The notes: a model not told the origin generated them from the letters alone. Shown: positions 40,251 to 55,762, counted from the first letter of the stretch. The stretch is 64,000 bases of DNA from Octopus sinensis (GCF_006345805.1 NC_042997.1:142662001-142726000), one strand, 5' to 3'. Numbers and translations: made by a program.

Positions 40251-41297
40251 TGTACATCATTTTTACATCTGTTCCTTGCTAGCATAGGTTGGATGAGCCA
40301 AGTCAGTTGTTATTTGGAGTTACTCTCATTCCTTTGCAGATCAGGGACCATGTCTCATATATTCCAATTTGCCATATTTTCTACAATTCGATGGCCTTCC
40401 TATCATTAGTCTTTTCTCAGAGTGTACTAGATAGTGAACATCTTGTTGTGTTTGTATGTATGTACAGTCTCTCTGTCTGTCACTCTCTCGATTTGTGTGT
40501 GTGTCCCTTTCCTTCCAGCACCAAAAAATACTGTGGCCAAAAGAGGTTGAATGTCCATTCAGCTGTGCCAAATCATCAGCCCCAAGCAACTACACCTGAT
40601 CATCTCGCTCCATACATACATACACACACGCCCACACACACACACACATATAGACATGCATAAATTCATGCATTCAAGAACGCATGTGTGCATACACACG
40701 CACACACACACACACATATATAAGCATTAAAATGTCAGCTAGCTCTTATATCTTCTCAACATTTCCATTTAAAAATCAGTGTAATAACCTGGATATAACT
40801 TGTATTATATAACTGTGGTTTCAAGAAGATACATAAAAAACAACTTAACACCTTACTAATCAGTAATCCATTATCTGTGATAACTGCCCATGTTTCAGAT
40901 GATAAATCTGAGATTTGTGTAAAACGTATGCAGTCAGTATACAAATTATTCTCTGGTGAGTAACAAATCAAAAGGTTACAAAAGGTGACATTAGAACACA
41001 AATTCATGCACCACACACATGCACACACACATACACACACACACACACACACACATATGGAGAGAGAGTAAGGGAGAGAGATAGACAGACACACACACAC
41101 ATGCATATATACACATATAAATATATAGGCACACCAACAATAGCAACATCTCTACCGACTTTTTCAAGCTATAATACTAAGTTTTGGTTATGGCACGAAA
41201 GATTTCAAAATACAACTGCTTGTTCTGGTAAGTTCAAAGCTTAAGGAAAGTAATCTAATAATAATGATGATGATAATGATGATGATGATGATATTGG

Positions 41298-41510
41298 TTT
41301 CAAATTTTGGCACAAAGCCAGCAGTTTTTGAGGAGAATGGGAAGTTGATTACATCGACCCCCCTCCCCCAGCACTTAACTGGTACTTTTTTTTATATTTC
41401 CAAAGAATGAACAGCAAAGTTGTCCTCAGTAGAATTTGTACTCAGGACATAAAGATGGACAAAGTGTCATAACATGTTGTCTGGTGTGATAATGGTTCTG
41501 CCAGCTCACT
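41298..41510 (-). mobile_element. SINE-like repeat within a (GAT)n tract
   Basis: Homologous to 15490-15690. Confidence 0.6.
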
Positions 41511-43344
41511 GCATTGATGATGATGATGATGATGATAATGATGACGACGACGATGATTGTTTTGTCCTAGTATAAAAGACAAGCTGCAGCAAATATTCTG
41601 CTCAATACTATAGATTTGCTTGTCAGCTGTTTGACCTTAACCAGTTGAGCATGTTCCTTAGTGGCTGACAATATATGCATCCCTGATCATGAGCAGAAGT
41701 AGTGGGGGAGCATCATAGCCATGTGTTAAGAGGAATTCTTTGGAGTTTGGATAATTCATCTTTGGAAACATGGGTGTTTCATTCAACATCCTTAAACAGC
41801 CCTTACTCAGAGACCTTTTGAACAGGAAAGGCTACTCAACGTGAAGAAAATTCTTGGGCCCCACCTGCAAGGTCATGTGCTGTTTATGTTGATATGAGGT
41901 CACCATGTCGTGCACATATGGTTGTGTCGCACGTACCTGGTGTACCCTTATCAGACAGGTAATCTTGATGGGTATACTGGACTTCGTATATTTTTCCCCA
42001 GTGTCACTTTGATGGCCGGCACTGCTCTCTCACTCAATAATAATACTAATAATAATAAAATATATATACGTATATATGTATGTATAAATATAAACAAATA
42101 TGCATACACACACATATTGAAGAAGTAGAGCTCCTTTTAGAGAAATAGAGTTATCTTCCTAACCCTATTTTCATGACTGATTAATACACCCATAAAAACA
42201 CTTTATACTAATAATCATTTTAATATCATTCTACAGCCCCATAACCTAGCAGTTCTGCTAAAGAAATCAACAAAATACCAAACTTTAGAAAAATTAGTTC
42301 AACTAAACCCTATAAGGCAATACCCCAGTGTAGCCACAGTCCAATAACTGAAACAAATAAAAGATAAGATATATATATATATATATATATATATACATTA
42401 AAAGTCAATTTCAATCTTGCTTGCCTGCTTGTAATGTTAATCAGTAAAACTGGTGCACAATGGGAAAATACCATGAATTAAGTTTACCCTGAAATGTTAA
42501 TATGAATTGAATGAAACAAGTTTTGCATAAATCGGTAAAGTAGTTTTCAAGATATTAGACATTTTCAGGATATAAATACCCAAAATGGTGCGTAATGGGA
42601 AAATGTTCCGAAAATAGTCTTCATCCTGAAAGGGAAGAAACTCTTATCTTTCTTTTAGACAGTGAGTTGAGAATGGGGAAAAAAAAACAATCTTTTTTTT
42701 TTTTTTACAATTTCTATTTTTGCATTTGTTAAACACAATATTTTAATCATTTAGAAATATTTTTAAGTGAATGTGATTTCACAAACATAAGCTGTTTGTA
42801 CAGTAAGTATGTATATTTTAGCTTTCTTTAAACAGACAATATTTCAATGTTATTTAAAATTATTTTCAAGTGAATACCATTGGGGGCATATTTAAAAAAT
42901 ATTCTAAAGGGAAAATGACTTAAAAAAATATAGTAGACATTTCGTAAAAGATCTGTTCATAATCTCAGTGTGAAATAGTTTTTTTCGAGTGCATTTAACA
43001 TATCTCCCCTCCAAAGATTTAGCTGCTATTTCTAGCATGCCTTGCTACCATGTAATAGATATTTGCGATAAAGGACCCAAAATACCTGTTATGTGGTAGC
43101 AGGGCGTGCAAGAAATAGCAGCCAAATCTTTCCAACCCACTAAACAAAACTCTGTTGCTGGGAAACTCAGAGTTTCCCAGTGACACAATGAGTCACGGGT
43201 AATCTGTTATATATATATAGATAGATATACATGTAAACATGAGTGAGCAGGGGTTTTACCTTTTTTACTTTAGTAAGGACATTTTGTGTTTTCTTATCAG
43301 TTCTTTGTATTCAAAACATACAAACTCTCTGCTTCATGTGAACT

Positions 43345-43725
43345 CTCTTTACTCTTTTACTTGTTTCAGTCATTTGACTGCGGCCATGCTGGAGCACCAC
43401 CTTTAGTCAAGCAAATCGACCCCAGGACTTATTCTTGGGAAGCCTAGTACTTATTCTATCGGTCTCTTTTGCCGAACCGCTATGTTACGGGGACGTAAAC
43501 ACACCAGCATCGGTTGTCAAGCGATGTTGTGGGGACAAACACAGACATACAAACATATACACACACATACATATATATATAGATACATATATATGACGGG
43601 CTTCTTTCAGTTTCCGTCTCCCAAATCCACTCATAAGGCCTTGGTCAGCCCAAGGCGCCATGCAGTGGGACTGAACTCAGAACCATGTGGTTGGTAAGCA
43701 AGCTACTTACCACACAGCCACTCAT
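43345..43725 (-). mobile_element. tRNA-derived SINE, near full length
   Basis: Minus-strand head gagtggctgtgtggtaagtagcttgcttaccaaccacatggttctgagttcagtccc, internal (CA/TA)n. Close paralog at 44697-45095. Confidence 0.85.
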
Positions 43726-44696
43726 GCACTACAATTCTCTTAATAAAATTCTTAGTTTCTATAACTGAGCAAACTAATTTTGAGGATAAATTGGTTATTG
43801 TCGGTATGTTACTGCCATTATATAATAAACAGGAATTATATGATTGATATGATATTGTGTCACTATTGCTGGATTTCAAATTTTGACCATCAACAACTCC
43901 AGATCTCCTTCAGGAATCAGGAAGTGGCTATTGTTTATTACTAACACACTCTATCAGTGTGTTAATATTTGCCTTGCATTTTCCTATTAATATAGCTTAC
44001 ATGATTAATCTTTACCTCATGAGGGATTTTAAATCAAATGGTTGCACTATCAACTGATGTTTTCCTATCTAGTTTTATTTTGTGCTTTATGATGAATGTG
44101 TTCTAACGGCTCCTTGCTATAAATTGTATTTCAGTGAGCTGATGAAAAAATGTTGTATTTGTATGGCTAATGAGGAAGTTAAACAAGGAACCATTATTTT
44201 GGCTAATAGTTATCTATTAATAATGTACTCTGGTAATGAAGAAAGACTATTTCCTGATCCCTGGAGTCAATGGACAACATTTCAAATACTGCAGTAATGG
44301 CAATAACACACCACCAATAACCATTTCATTGAGCATAAAGATGTAGAAACATCAATGGACCTAGAAACTACACTACATTCCACATAAAATGGAATGGACT
44401 ATTAAGGAAATAGGAAAATCTTTAATAACAATATATCAGGTGAACTGTTAAGCAGTAAATTGTGTGGCCATTGGTTTTAAGTTCTACTCCATTGTGCAGC
44501 ACTTAGTGTAATTGACTTCTACCCTAGTGGATTTGAGAGACATTGAATTTCTGGAAGTCTTCTTATGTATGTACATTTGTTTGTATATATATATATATAT
44601 ATATATTTGTCATGTATAATGTAAATAGCATTATATATCTGGACGTAGGTTTTCACTGGGTTTTTGGTCAACTGTACTTATCAGCAAATCATGTGT

Positions 44697-44908
44697 GTTT
44701 ACTCTTTTACTTGTTTCAGTCATTTGACTGTGGCCATGATGGAGCACCGCCTATAGTCAAACGAATCGACCCCAGGACTTCTTCTTACTAAGCCTAGTAC
44801 TTATTCTATTGGTCTTTTTTGCCAAACCACTAAGTTACGGGGACATAAACACACCAGCATTGGTTGTCAAGCGATGTTGCGGGGACAAACACAGACACAC
44901 AAACCTAT

Positions 44909-44939
<31 letters not shown>

Positions 44940-45095
44940 CAAAGGGCTTCTTTCAGTTTCCGTCTACCAAATCCACTCAAGGCTTTGATTGGCCTGAGGC
45001 TATAGTAGAAGACACTTGCCCTATGTGCCACGCTGTGGGACTGAACCTGGAACCATATGGTTCGTAAGCAAGCTACTTACCACACAGCCACTCCT
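44697..45095 (-). mobile_element. tRNA-derived SINE, near full length
   Basis: Same head, body and tail as 43345-43725. Confidence 0.85.
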
Positions 45096-45114
45096 ATACC
45101 TATGGGAAGAAAGA

Positions 45115-45233
45115 CGTTTACAGCACCTAGGTTTCCCAAGCGGTCACCCGTCTAAGTACTAACTAAGCTCAACATTGCTTAACCTTGGTGATCGGACGAG
45201 AACCAGTGTTTTCAAAGTGATATGGCCATAAAA
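45115..45233 (-). pseudogene. Dispersed 5S rRNA pseudogene (about 119 nt)
   Basis: Minus strand tttatggccatatcactttgaaaacactggttctcgtccgatcaccaaggttaagcaatg...gttagtacttagacgggtgaccgcttgggaaacctaggtgctgtaaac follows metazoan 5S rRNA end to end, with many C>T/G>A changes. Confidence 0.9.
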
Positions 45234-45244
45234 TAATATCATTA

Positions 45245-45845
45245 TCATTATCATCGTTTAACATCTGCTTTCCATGCTAGCATGGGTTAGATGATTTGAC
45301 TGAGGACTGGCAAACCAAATAGCTGCACAAAGCTCCAATCTGATCTGGCAGAGTTTCTACGGTTGGATGCCCTTCCTAATGCCAACCACTCTGAGAGTGT
45401 AGTGGGTGCTTTTACGTGCCACCAGCATGAGGCCAGTCAGGTGGTACAGGTAACAGCCATGCTCAAATGGTGTTTTTTATGTGCCACCTGCACTGGAGCC
45501 AATCCAGCAGTACTGGCAATGACCTCACTCGAATGTTTTTTCATGTGCCAGTAAGGCGACGCTGGTAATGATCACACTTGAATGGTGCTTTTTACGTATC
45601 ACCAGCACGGAAGCCAGTCAGCTGCTCTGGCAACAATCACACTCAGATGATGCTCTTTGTGCTCCACTAGCATGGATGCCAGTCATCGAATTTGATTTCA
45701 ATTTCACTTGCCTCAACAGGTCTTCGCAAGCAGAGTTTAGTGTCCAATGAAGGAAAGGTACGCATAAGTGGGCTGGTTACACCCCTGGCATAGGCCACGA
45801 GGTTATGGTCTCACTTGGCTTGCCGGGTCTTCTCAAGCACATCAT
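45245..45845 (-). mobile_element. RTE-tail repeat with several internal tandem units
   Basis: Reverse complement of the 39710 family, with ggtgctttttacgtgccaccagcac units. Confidence 0.8.
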
Positions 45846-48602
45846 GTTTAGTTAAACATGATGATATTGTTTATTTAAATAATGATTCGTTATTGCATCT
45901 ATAGGCAAGTGGTAAATAAAAATTTCAGTTTCATGCCTATTCCAGAGTTAAGTGAAATCAGTGTTTGTCATTGTCGTCACTGTCATCATCTAATGCATAT
46001 TTTCCATTTCATGCTGACAAAACCATACTTACTGAAAATTGAAAGTGATTCACTGACGTGATTCTTTACAAATTTCTTAATGTATCATTGCATACTTAAC
46101 AAACCCTGGTATTGGATTGATGACCACTGGGCATTATGTATCATCATCATCATTATTTTAAAACATATTTCTTTGAAATCTGCATGAATCTGTAAGCATA
46201 ATTTTATGCCTACAAAGTATGTTAGATTTTTAAATTAACTATTGGAAGTTGAATCCTAATTCAAATCTTATTGATGTGAATTACATGGTTACTTAGCCTG
46301 CTAGAAATAACAATAGAATTTCTTCAAATCACACCTTGAAGTGGATTGACACATTGGAAAGTGCAGTCATAGATGAACTGTATCTGAAAAAAAAAATAAA
46401 ACATTTTATGGTCAGTATGATGAATATCTATCATCGAAGGTATGTTTGATCAAGGCTGTCCTATGGCTAAACAACTCATCAAAATTGTATTCTTACCAGC
46501 ACTAAATGAAGGTTTATTATTTTACATGACAAAGAAACTATAACATACTACATTTTGTATGTGTTAACTGTCAAGCATGTTCCAGTGAACTACTAAAAGT
46601 AATTGCAGAAAAATTAATTATAAATTAATTTTATGAGTAAATATAAGCATTAAATTTATATTTTTAATGAGTTGACTTTTAGAGAGGAAAATAAGGAAAT
46701 ATCATTAATGATTATATATTAACAACACTATATAATCTAACCTGTAAATTATTAGTTTGAGACACTAATTAAGTTATTTTGGATAATTTTCAACACTATA
46801 ATTATGATAATAAGGATAATGGTTTTAAACAAAAGCCCCAAAATATTTCCCTACTTTATAAATGCATGTAATAATAATTTTGTTGATATCTATATTTTTC
46901 TCTTATTTAATATGGTATATTACTCTAATTATTTGATTTCATAAGAGTATTTAATATCATCAATTAAAAGTTCCTACTACAAAAAGCCTCCATCTACAAT
47001 CATCTTCATATGACCTAATAAGGCTGTAATAAGAATGTTTGTATTATAAAGTCTTTTATATTTAAGCTTAGCAGAAATAAGGTACTTGAAGACAATCTGA
47101 AAATGCACCAACAACTGAAATGCAATATAGAGAGAAATACTATAATGGCTTCTATTCCTTGGAGTTAGTAGGTTTTATATCTCTTCCACTCAGACACTCC
47201 TGACTGTCTCGTCTCTCTCTACTACACTAACTCCTCAGGTTCAACCACTATGCCACATGCCTCCTCCAGAATGTCAGTCACCTGGAATCTCCCTGTTCTT
47301 GTCTTACCTTCAAGTTTATACCTGCAACAGTTTAAATGGAACATTAATAGCATCAGTCTCACCAATCTCGGAGGACCTATAAAAACCAAAAGCACCACTG
47401 CCCCCTTTTCCAACTCCTGTAAATAAGTAAAAAAAAGTTGGGATTAATAGTTTGATGACTTTAAATTCTTCTAAGAATAAATCATTTTAAAAATATAGAC
47501 AAGTATTGATTTAGAATCTCTTTTTATCTTAACATTTGCCATTCTAATTTCTTATTTGAATCAAGTGTTAGGAAGGGTATCCAGCTATAAAATTATCTCT
47601 GTAGCTACTCAAGGTAACACATTAGCCCATCTAATCTATACTATTATGCACAAACAGATATAAAAATGTTAAATTACAGGTATCTATTTTAGTAACCTCA
47701 TTGAAAGAAGAAAGATCATGTTACACACACATCATTTCCTTTTGATAGTTTTTCATTTAAGGGCATATATTACAACTTTGTCAAGAGATTTCTTGAACTC
47801 ATTATAACTTGATTCTGCACCAAGGAAATACTCAGTGTAGTCCATAGATTATCAGCAATGTATACCAAAGTATGGTTCAATGCCTCTGTAGACATCATAA
47901 ATAATAATAATAATAATAAAAGCCAACCTATTATTTGAAGAACCAGTCATGCAGAAATATTTCTGATCACATGTTTTGGATAGTGCTTTCACTATGCTTA
48001 CACCACATGTACTTTGTGCATTGCATCCAAGAAAAATCACACTGAAGCAGCCACTACTCCACTAACACTTGCTATTGCTTTACTACAACTCATCTGAACC
48101 AATTTACTTCACATACACCTCACCCCACCCCCCCACTCCATATCTTACCTACTTGGCACCACAGCAAATGCTATACACATTTAAAAAATTTTTAACCTTT
48201 TCAGAGCTGCATATTGTTGAAACTCCTCCTCCTCCTTTTGTTTTTCTATAAATCAGTGACTTTGGAACATTCCACCTGAATAATAACCATATCAGCATTA
48301 CTCAACTCTCCATATTGTCTCGAATATCATCATCTGTAGATTATATCAGTAATAAATCTAATTGAGATTTGTAATGTGTCAGTTCATGTGACAGATAGTC
48401 ACACTTTTTACATGAGGAAATATTTTTGCTATGTTACAAGAGGTTTGTTTTCATTAGTTAGCACATTCACAGCAATAAAATTCATCTTCAAATATTTAGA
48501 TTTTTCACCTAATAATACTTGACCTCTTAATTTAAGAAATTACAACTTTAATCAACACACTTACAAAAGATTTCTTCAATTTACATACATACATACGTAC
48601 GT

Positions 48603-48928
48603 ATTTTTTTCAGCTTTGGGAATAGCCAAAAGTCACACAGAGCCAAGTCTAGGGAGTAGGAAGCCTGATGAACAAGTGGTGTATTTTGCTTGACGAGGAA
48701 TGCTTGGATGGCACGGGCAGAATGAGTGAGTGTGTTGTCATGGTGGAGTTGCCAGTTCTTTGCTCACAGGTCAGGTTGTTTTCACCACATGGCTTCATGG
48801 AGGCAATGAAGAACCTGCAGACAGTATTCTTTGTTAATTGTCTGACCTTGTGTTGCATATTCATGGTGCACAATACTTCTGTAGTCAAAAAAACAGGTCA
48901 TCATCAGTTTAACATTGCTCACTGTCCA
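48603..48928 (-). mobile_element. Mariner transposase pseudogene fragment
   Basis: [31 protein letters not shown]...WQLHHDN...H...[17 protein letters not shown] (mariner HDN and YSPDLAP.D motifs), with stops. Confidence 0.9.
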
Positions 48929-49003
48929 TATATACATATATATATATATGTGTATATGTATATGCATATATATATATGTATATATATGTGTATATGTATA
49001 TGC

Positions 49004-49065
<62 letters not shown>

Positions 49066-50425
49066 TATACATAAACGTGGAGTCGACAAAACAGGGACAA
49101 CTGAAGAAGAGGAATATTCCTTGTGTTATACGTCTTGTACTCTGTTTTTTCGTTGTTTGAAAAATAGTTTGTTTACATGTTTTTGTTTTTATGTTTCCAT
49201 TTCTCATTGTGTTCAACATTTTTTTATGTCCTGTACCCATTTATGCATGTATATATACATATAGATGTAGGTATGTACATATATGTATATATGCATATAT
49301 TTATATTATGATATATACATATATATACATATGATACATATATATATACATGCATACATATGTGTGTGTATATACATATATGCATATTTGAGTGTGTGTG
49401 TGTATATATATATAAGCTTATTGAGCAAAAGTTTAAAAGATGTGTCTAGGATATTGATTAAAGGACATCTGGAAATATCTTTGAATCTATAACAACTATT
49501 GTTACAAAAATCTTAAGTTAAATACTTTGTGTGTTTCGTTTTTCTAATTATTCCTCTATTTTTACCTTTTTTAATTATTCTTTTATTTTACCTTTTTATA
49601 GGATTTTAGTTTATTTTTGCAATTAACAACTATGTCCCTCAACCACCCTATACATGAAAGATGACTTCAAGGATATTCTTACTATATATTAAGCAGAGAT
49701 TCATTTTATACAAAATTCTACAAGTTCATAATAAGTTGGGAGTGCATCCTTTCTGTATGCATTCTAATTAATTTGTTATGTATGATAGTAAGAACAATGA
49801 ATTTGTGAAGGTTGGCAGTTTTCTTGTTCATTTCCTGGTTATTTTTGACATTAAGAGAAATTACTCTTTTTTTCTCTTCTTTCTTTTGTTTTATTTTATT
49901 TTATTTTTTTATTATCTCTCTTGCCCTGCAGACATTGATATTACTATACGGTATGGATATAAACCTTTTTACCAGCCACAGTGTACAGATCTGGAAGACT
50001 TCTTTCTTCATTCTTATTTCATCACTGTTAGAATATATTCATATAGTGTTGCTTTTGTTTCCTTCCTTTCTAATTTCGATGTTATTTACCAGGAAATGAA
50101 CATTTATATCATATTTCCTGAGAAGAGAAAACATAATAAGCATGAATTTAGTTTCATTATATATATATATATATATATATACGTACATATTTATATATAC
50201 ACACACACACACATTCATACATACATATATATATATAACTGAGCTTTTAATCAAATATCTGGCATCTAAATTAATGAATATCTTATATCTCTCTGATTTC
50301 ATTTTCAATAGCAAAGTATATAAAAGCAAAATAAATCTTTCTTTTAATCAATGGCATATTAGAAATTTGCCATAAGTATCCATTTTATAAGTTGATTGAT
50401 ATTTGATTTAAATTTGCATTTTCAA

Positions 50426-51684
<1,259 letters not shown>

Positions 51685-51714
51685 GCGAGAAAGAAGCAAC
51701 AAGAATGGATAGGT

Positions 51715-51806
51715 TTTTAGTACAATCGTTTCATACAAGGACAGGCTTTATTAAATGTTGCAAAAAATTACAGCATATAAACGTGTCCCGTACTCATCAG
51801 CTAAAA
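51715..51806 (-). ncRNA. Type I hammerhead ribozyme, core apparently intact
   Basis: UUUUAG-CUGAUGA-GUACGGGACA(long loop)UGUCCUUGUAU-GAAAC-GAUU-GUA^CUAAAA: 6-bp stem I, about 10-bp stem II with one bulge, minimal near-palindromic stem III, GUA cleavage triplet. Confidence 0.82.
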
Positions 51807-54800
51807 TACATGTGAGTCTCTAGACATCCTAGTGGTTGAGGCTATACTCATGAAGTAATGTAGATAATTAAGTAACATAAACAGATTTCCAAAGTTCATT
51901 AAAGTTCTTTAAAGATGATGTACAGTCTTATCACAGAATTTTAAAAAAGTTTTAATAGCATCACAGAGAAGGTGACCTAATCCATAGTGCACATATGAAT
52001 TTCCAGAGATATAGGAGGGATTACATACTCACAGACGACAAATTTATCCATTGTTAATCACAACGAGGGGGGTCTCAATTCCTGCTTATTAGCATTACAG
52101 AGAGGGTGAATTAATCCTTGTATAGATGCACAATTTCCAATGGTGTAGATGTAAATTTCCAGAGAAATAAAGAGGAATTTCATATTCACAGGCGATAAAT
52201 TTATCAATGGTTGAACACAATGAGGTAGGTATCAATTCTTGTTATATGATTAGGTATTTGCCACATTAATCACATTACTGCTATTTACAAGAGGCTGTAG
52301 CTATTTAACTTTTAAAAGGCTGAAGGGCTTTCTATAGATGCAAAGAACAGAAAAGGGAAGGGAAGAGAAGAAAAGAGAGAAAATAAAGGAGGAGGGAGCA
52401 AAAAAGGGGGGGAGGGGGACTAAAAGAGAAGAGAAAAGGAAAAAGAGAATAAGAAGAAGAAAAAGAAAAAAGAGAAAAGAGAAAGAAATAGGGAAAGAAG
52501 GGAAAAAAAAGAAAAAGAAAAAAAGAGGGTTCTAGTTATACAGAAGAATTAGTAGACGGCAAGTCTGGTTTTAATTTACAGGCATCTAGGAACTAGAGGA
52601 GAATATTATTCTTTGACCAGTAAAACAGCTAATTTATTGCTGTTGAAATCAGCTATGAATTTAAAGAGAATCTAAAGAGATAACACGGTCAGGGGTTTAG
52701 GAGTCAGAGGCTAAAATCAAAAGAAAAAAATTACATTAGGAAAATCTAAGTATAATCTTATCAAAAAGTCATTAAAATTATTTATTTCATTTATTCATTT
52801 TATTGTCTTAAGGAGTTGCCGTTATTATTCATACATTGACGGACTACAGGTCAAATCTTAGAAGATCATTTACAAGGTGTTAGGGGAATTGTCTATCATA
52901 ATGAAGATAATCATATTATCAACGAGGGAGTAGCCTTATTTATTTAATTTTGAAATAGAATTATGGGGCTTTAGTAACTCATTTATTTATTAAAGTTATG
53001 CTACTTAAATTAGATTAAGTTAAGAATTAAAATTAAAAGTTACAATTAAGATTTAAAATTAAGATTTAAAATTATGAGTTTGAAATTAAATAAAGCCTCA
53101 ATTAAGCAGCGTATAAGTACTATTCATTTCCCTGTTCTCAAAAAAGTAATTCTGGAAAAAAATTTCCCTATCTCTCATAGATATCATAGAATTATTTCTA
53201 GGAAAACAGTTAGGATTTCTTATTCAACCCTCCCAAATATGTCCACTTTAATAGCTAAGATTAATAATAACAACATTAAACTAGCCAGGAAAGATAGAAA
53301 TAAAAATAATAATATCAGCATGAATACCAATAGCAATTATAATAATACTACCAACAATAAAAACAGCAATAGTAACTATCAAAACATAGGTGAAATTAGT
53401 AACCACAGAAGGACTAATAACATTAACATTAATATAAATAATAACAATGCCGATATTAATAGAAGTAATAATGTTAATAAAGAAATAATAGAAATAAGGC
53501 TAATGGAGAAAATAAGGAGAATGAAAATATCAGTGATATCTATAACAACAATATGCAGTCGGATAAAAAGACTAACAAAATAGTAACATTAATATTAATT
53601 ACAATATATAAGAAATCATGGTAGGACTTTAGACCTAAATGATGAAACAGAAGGATCAATAAATAATAGCAATACTTTAGATATCAGCACCAACTATAGA
53701 AATATTAATAACATAAGGACAATTTAACTCAAAATAATAGGAACCTAAGACATCTACCCAAGAATATCCAAAACCTGAAGTTGTTCCTCCTGTGTGTAAG
53801 TGTAGAATAAAATCAAAATTTACTATTGCTGTTTTATTGTGGTTAGTAATTATTATAATTGCTATCTTAATTTTAAATCTTAATTGTACTTTTATTTTAA
53901 TTCTTACTTAATCTAATTAAGTAGCATAACTTTAATAAAATAAAATGAGTTACTAAAGCCCCATAATTCTATTTCAAAATTAAATAAAAGGCTACACCTC
54001 GGTGATAATATATTATCTTCATTATGATAGACCAATTCCCTACACCTTGTAAATGATCTTCTAAGATTTGACCTGTAGTCCGTCCATGTAGAATAATAAA
54101 CGGCAACTCCTTAAGACAATAAAATGAATAAATGAAATAAATAAATTTTAATGACTTTTTGATAGGATATATACTTAGATTTGTCCTATGTATTTTTCTT
54201 TGATTTAGCCTCTGACTCTAAACCCCCTACCGTGTTAATCTCTTTAGATTCTCTTTAAATTCCATAGCTGATTTCACCAGCAATAAATTAGCTGTTTTAC
54301 TGGTCAAAGATAATATTCTCCTCCTCTAGTTCCTAGATTCATGTAAATTAAAACCAGACTTGCCGTCTACTAATTCTTCTGTATAACTAGAACCCTCTTT
54401 TTTTCTTTTTCTTTTTTTTTCCCTTCTTTCCCTATTATCTCTCTTTCTCTTTTTTCTTTTTCTTCTTCTTATTCCTCTTTTTCCTTTTCTCTTCTCTTTT
54501 AGTCCCCCTCCCCCCCTTTTTTGCTCCCTCCTCCTTTATTTTCTCTCTCTTTTCTTCTCTTCCCTTCCCTTTTCTGTTCTTTGCATCTATAGAAAGCCCT
54601 TCAGCCTTTTAAAAGTTAAATAGCTACAGCCTCTTGTAAATAGCAGTAATGTGATTAATGTGGCAAATACCTAATCATATAACAAGAATTGATACCTACC
54701 TCATTGTGTTCAACCATTGATAAATTTATCGCCTGTGAATATGAAATTCCTCTTCATTTCTCTGGAAATTTACATCTACACCATTGGAAATTGTGCATCT

Positions 54801-55117
54801 ATACAAAGGATTAATTCACCCTCTCTGTAATGCTAATAAGCAGGAATTGAGACCCACCTCGTTGTGATTAACAATGGATAAATTTGTCGTCTCGTGAGTA
54901 TGTAATCCCTCCTCATATCTCTGGAAATTCATATGTGCACTATGGATTAGGTCACCTTCTCTGTGATGCTATTAAAGCTTTTTAAAATTCTGTGATAAGA
55001 CTGTACATCATCTTTAAAGAACTTAATGAACTTGGAATCTGTTTATGTTACTTAATTATCTACATTACTTCATGAGTATAGCCTCAACCACTAGGATGTC
55101 TAGAGAACTCACATGTA

Positions 55118-55207
55118 TTTTAGCTGATGAGTACGGGACACGTTTATATGCTGTAATTTTTGCAACATTTAATAAAGCCTGTCCTTGTAGAAACGATTGT
55201 AAAAAAA
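55118..55207 (+). ncRNA. Second hammerhead copy, with stem I and II disrupted
   Basis: Same sequence as 51715-51806, but reads GUA-AAAAAA instead of GUA-CUAAAA and lacks one U before GAAAC. Confidence 0.6.
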
Positions 55208-55355
55208 CCTATCCATTCTTGTGCTTCTTTCTCGCTTATAATCACCCCACATTACTGTATTGTTTAAAACAGTATAGTTTTTTTGGTGCATCTAAGTTAG
55301 GTACCATATTCAAGTAAATTCATTTAAATTAACTTGAAACTTTATTGCTTTTTGT

Positions 55356-55476
55356 ATTATATATATATATATATATCTATACATATACATATTATATATA
55401 TATATATATCTATATATATATATTATACATATCTATGTATATATATATATGTATATATATATATGTATTATTATAT

Positions 55477-55531
<55 letters not shown>

Positions 55532-55565
55532 CATATATATATATACATATATATATATATATTAA

Positions 55566-55601
<36 letters not shown>

Positions 55602-55691
55602 CATATATTATATAACATATATACATATATATATATACATATATATAGATACATATATATATATATAATAATATATATATATATATATAAC

Positions 55692-55762
<71 letters not shown>

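Larger units (their letters stand above)
51685..55234 (+). mobile_element. Penelope-like element remnant flanked by long inverted repeats
   Basis: The spacer encodes NFPISHRYHRIISRKTVRISYSTLPNMSTLI (PLE post-RT region), an Asn-rich linker and PVCKCRIK (CxCR before GIY-YIG, about 53790). Arms 51685-53065 and 53864-55234 are reverse complements, with hammerhead motifs near the outer ends. Confidence 0.85.

Noticed and set aside
49097-49138. Hammerhead-like ACAA-CUGAAGA...UAUAC-GUC-UUGU in a short element within (TA)n
   Set aside because: The GAAA core is missing and the stem II register is unclear. At most a decayed relic.
49778-50242. 154-aa ORF with a strong polypyrimidine tract and AG at 49931
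   Set aside because: No SLC4 similarity, wrong phase for continuing the gene, and much of it is low-complexity.
52338-52535. Lys/Arg/Glu-rich ORF
   Set aside because: A polypurine tract within the PLE inverted arm, mirrored at about 54390-54590.
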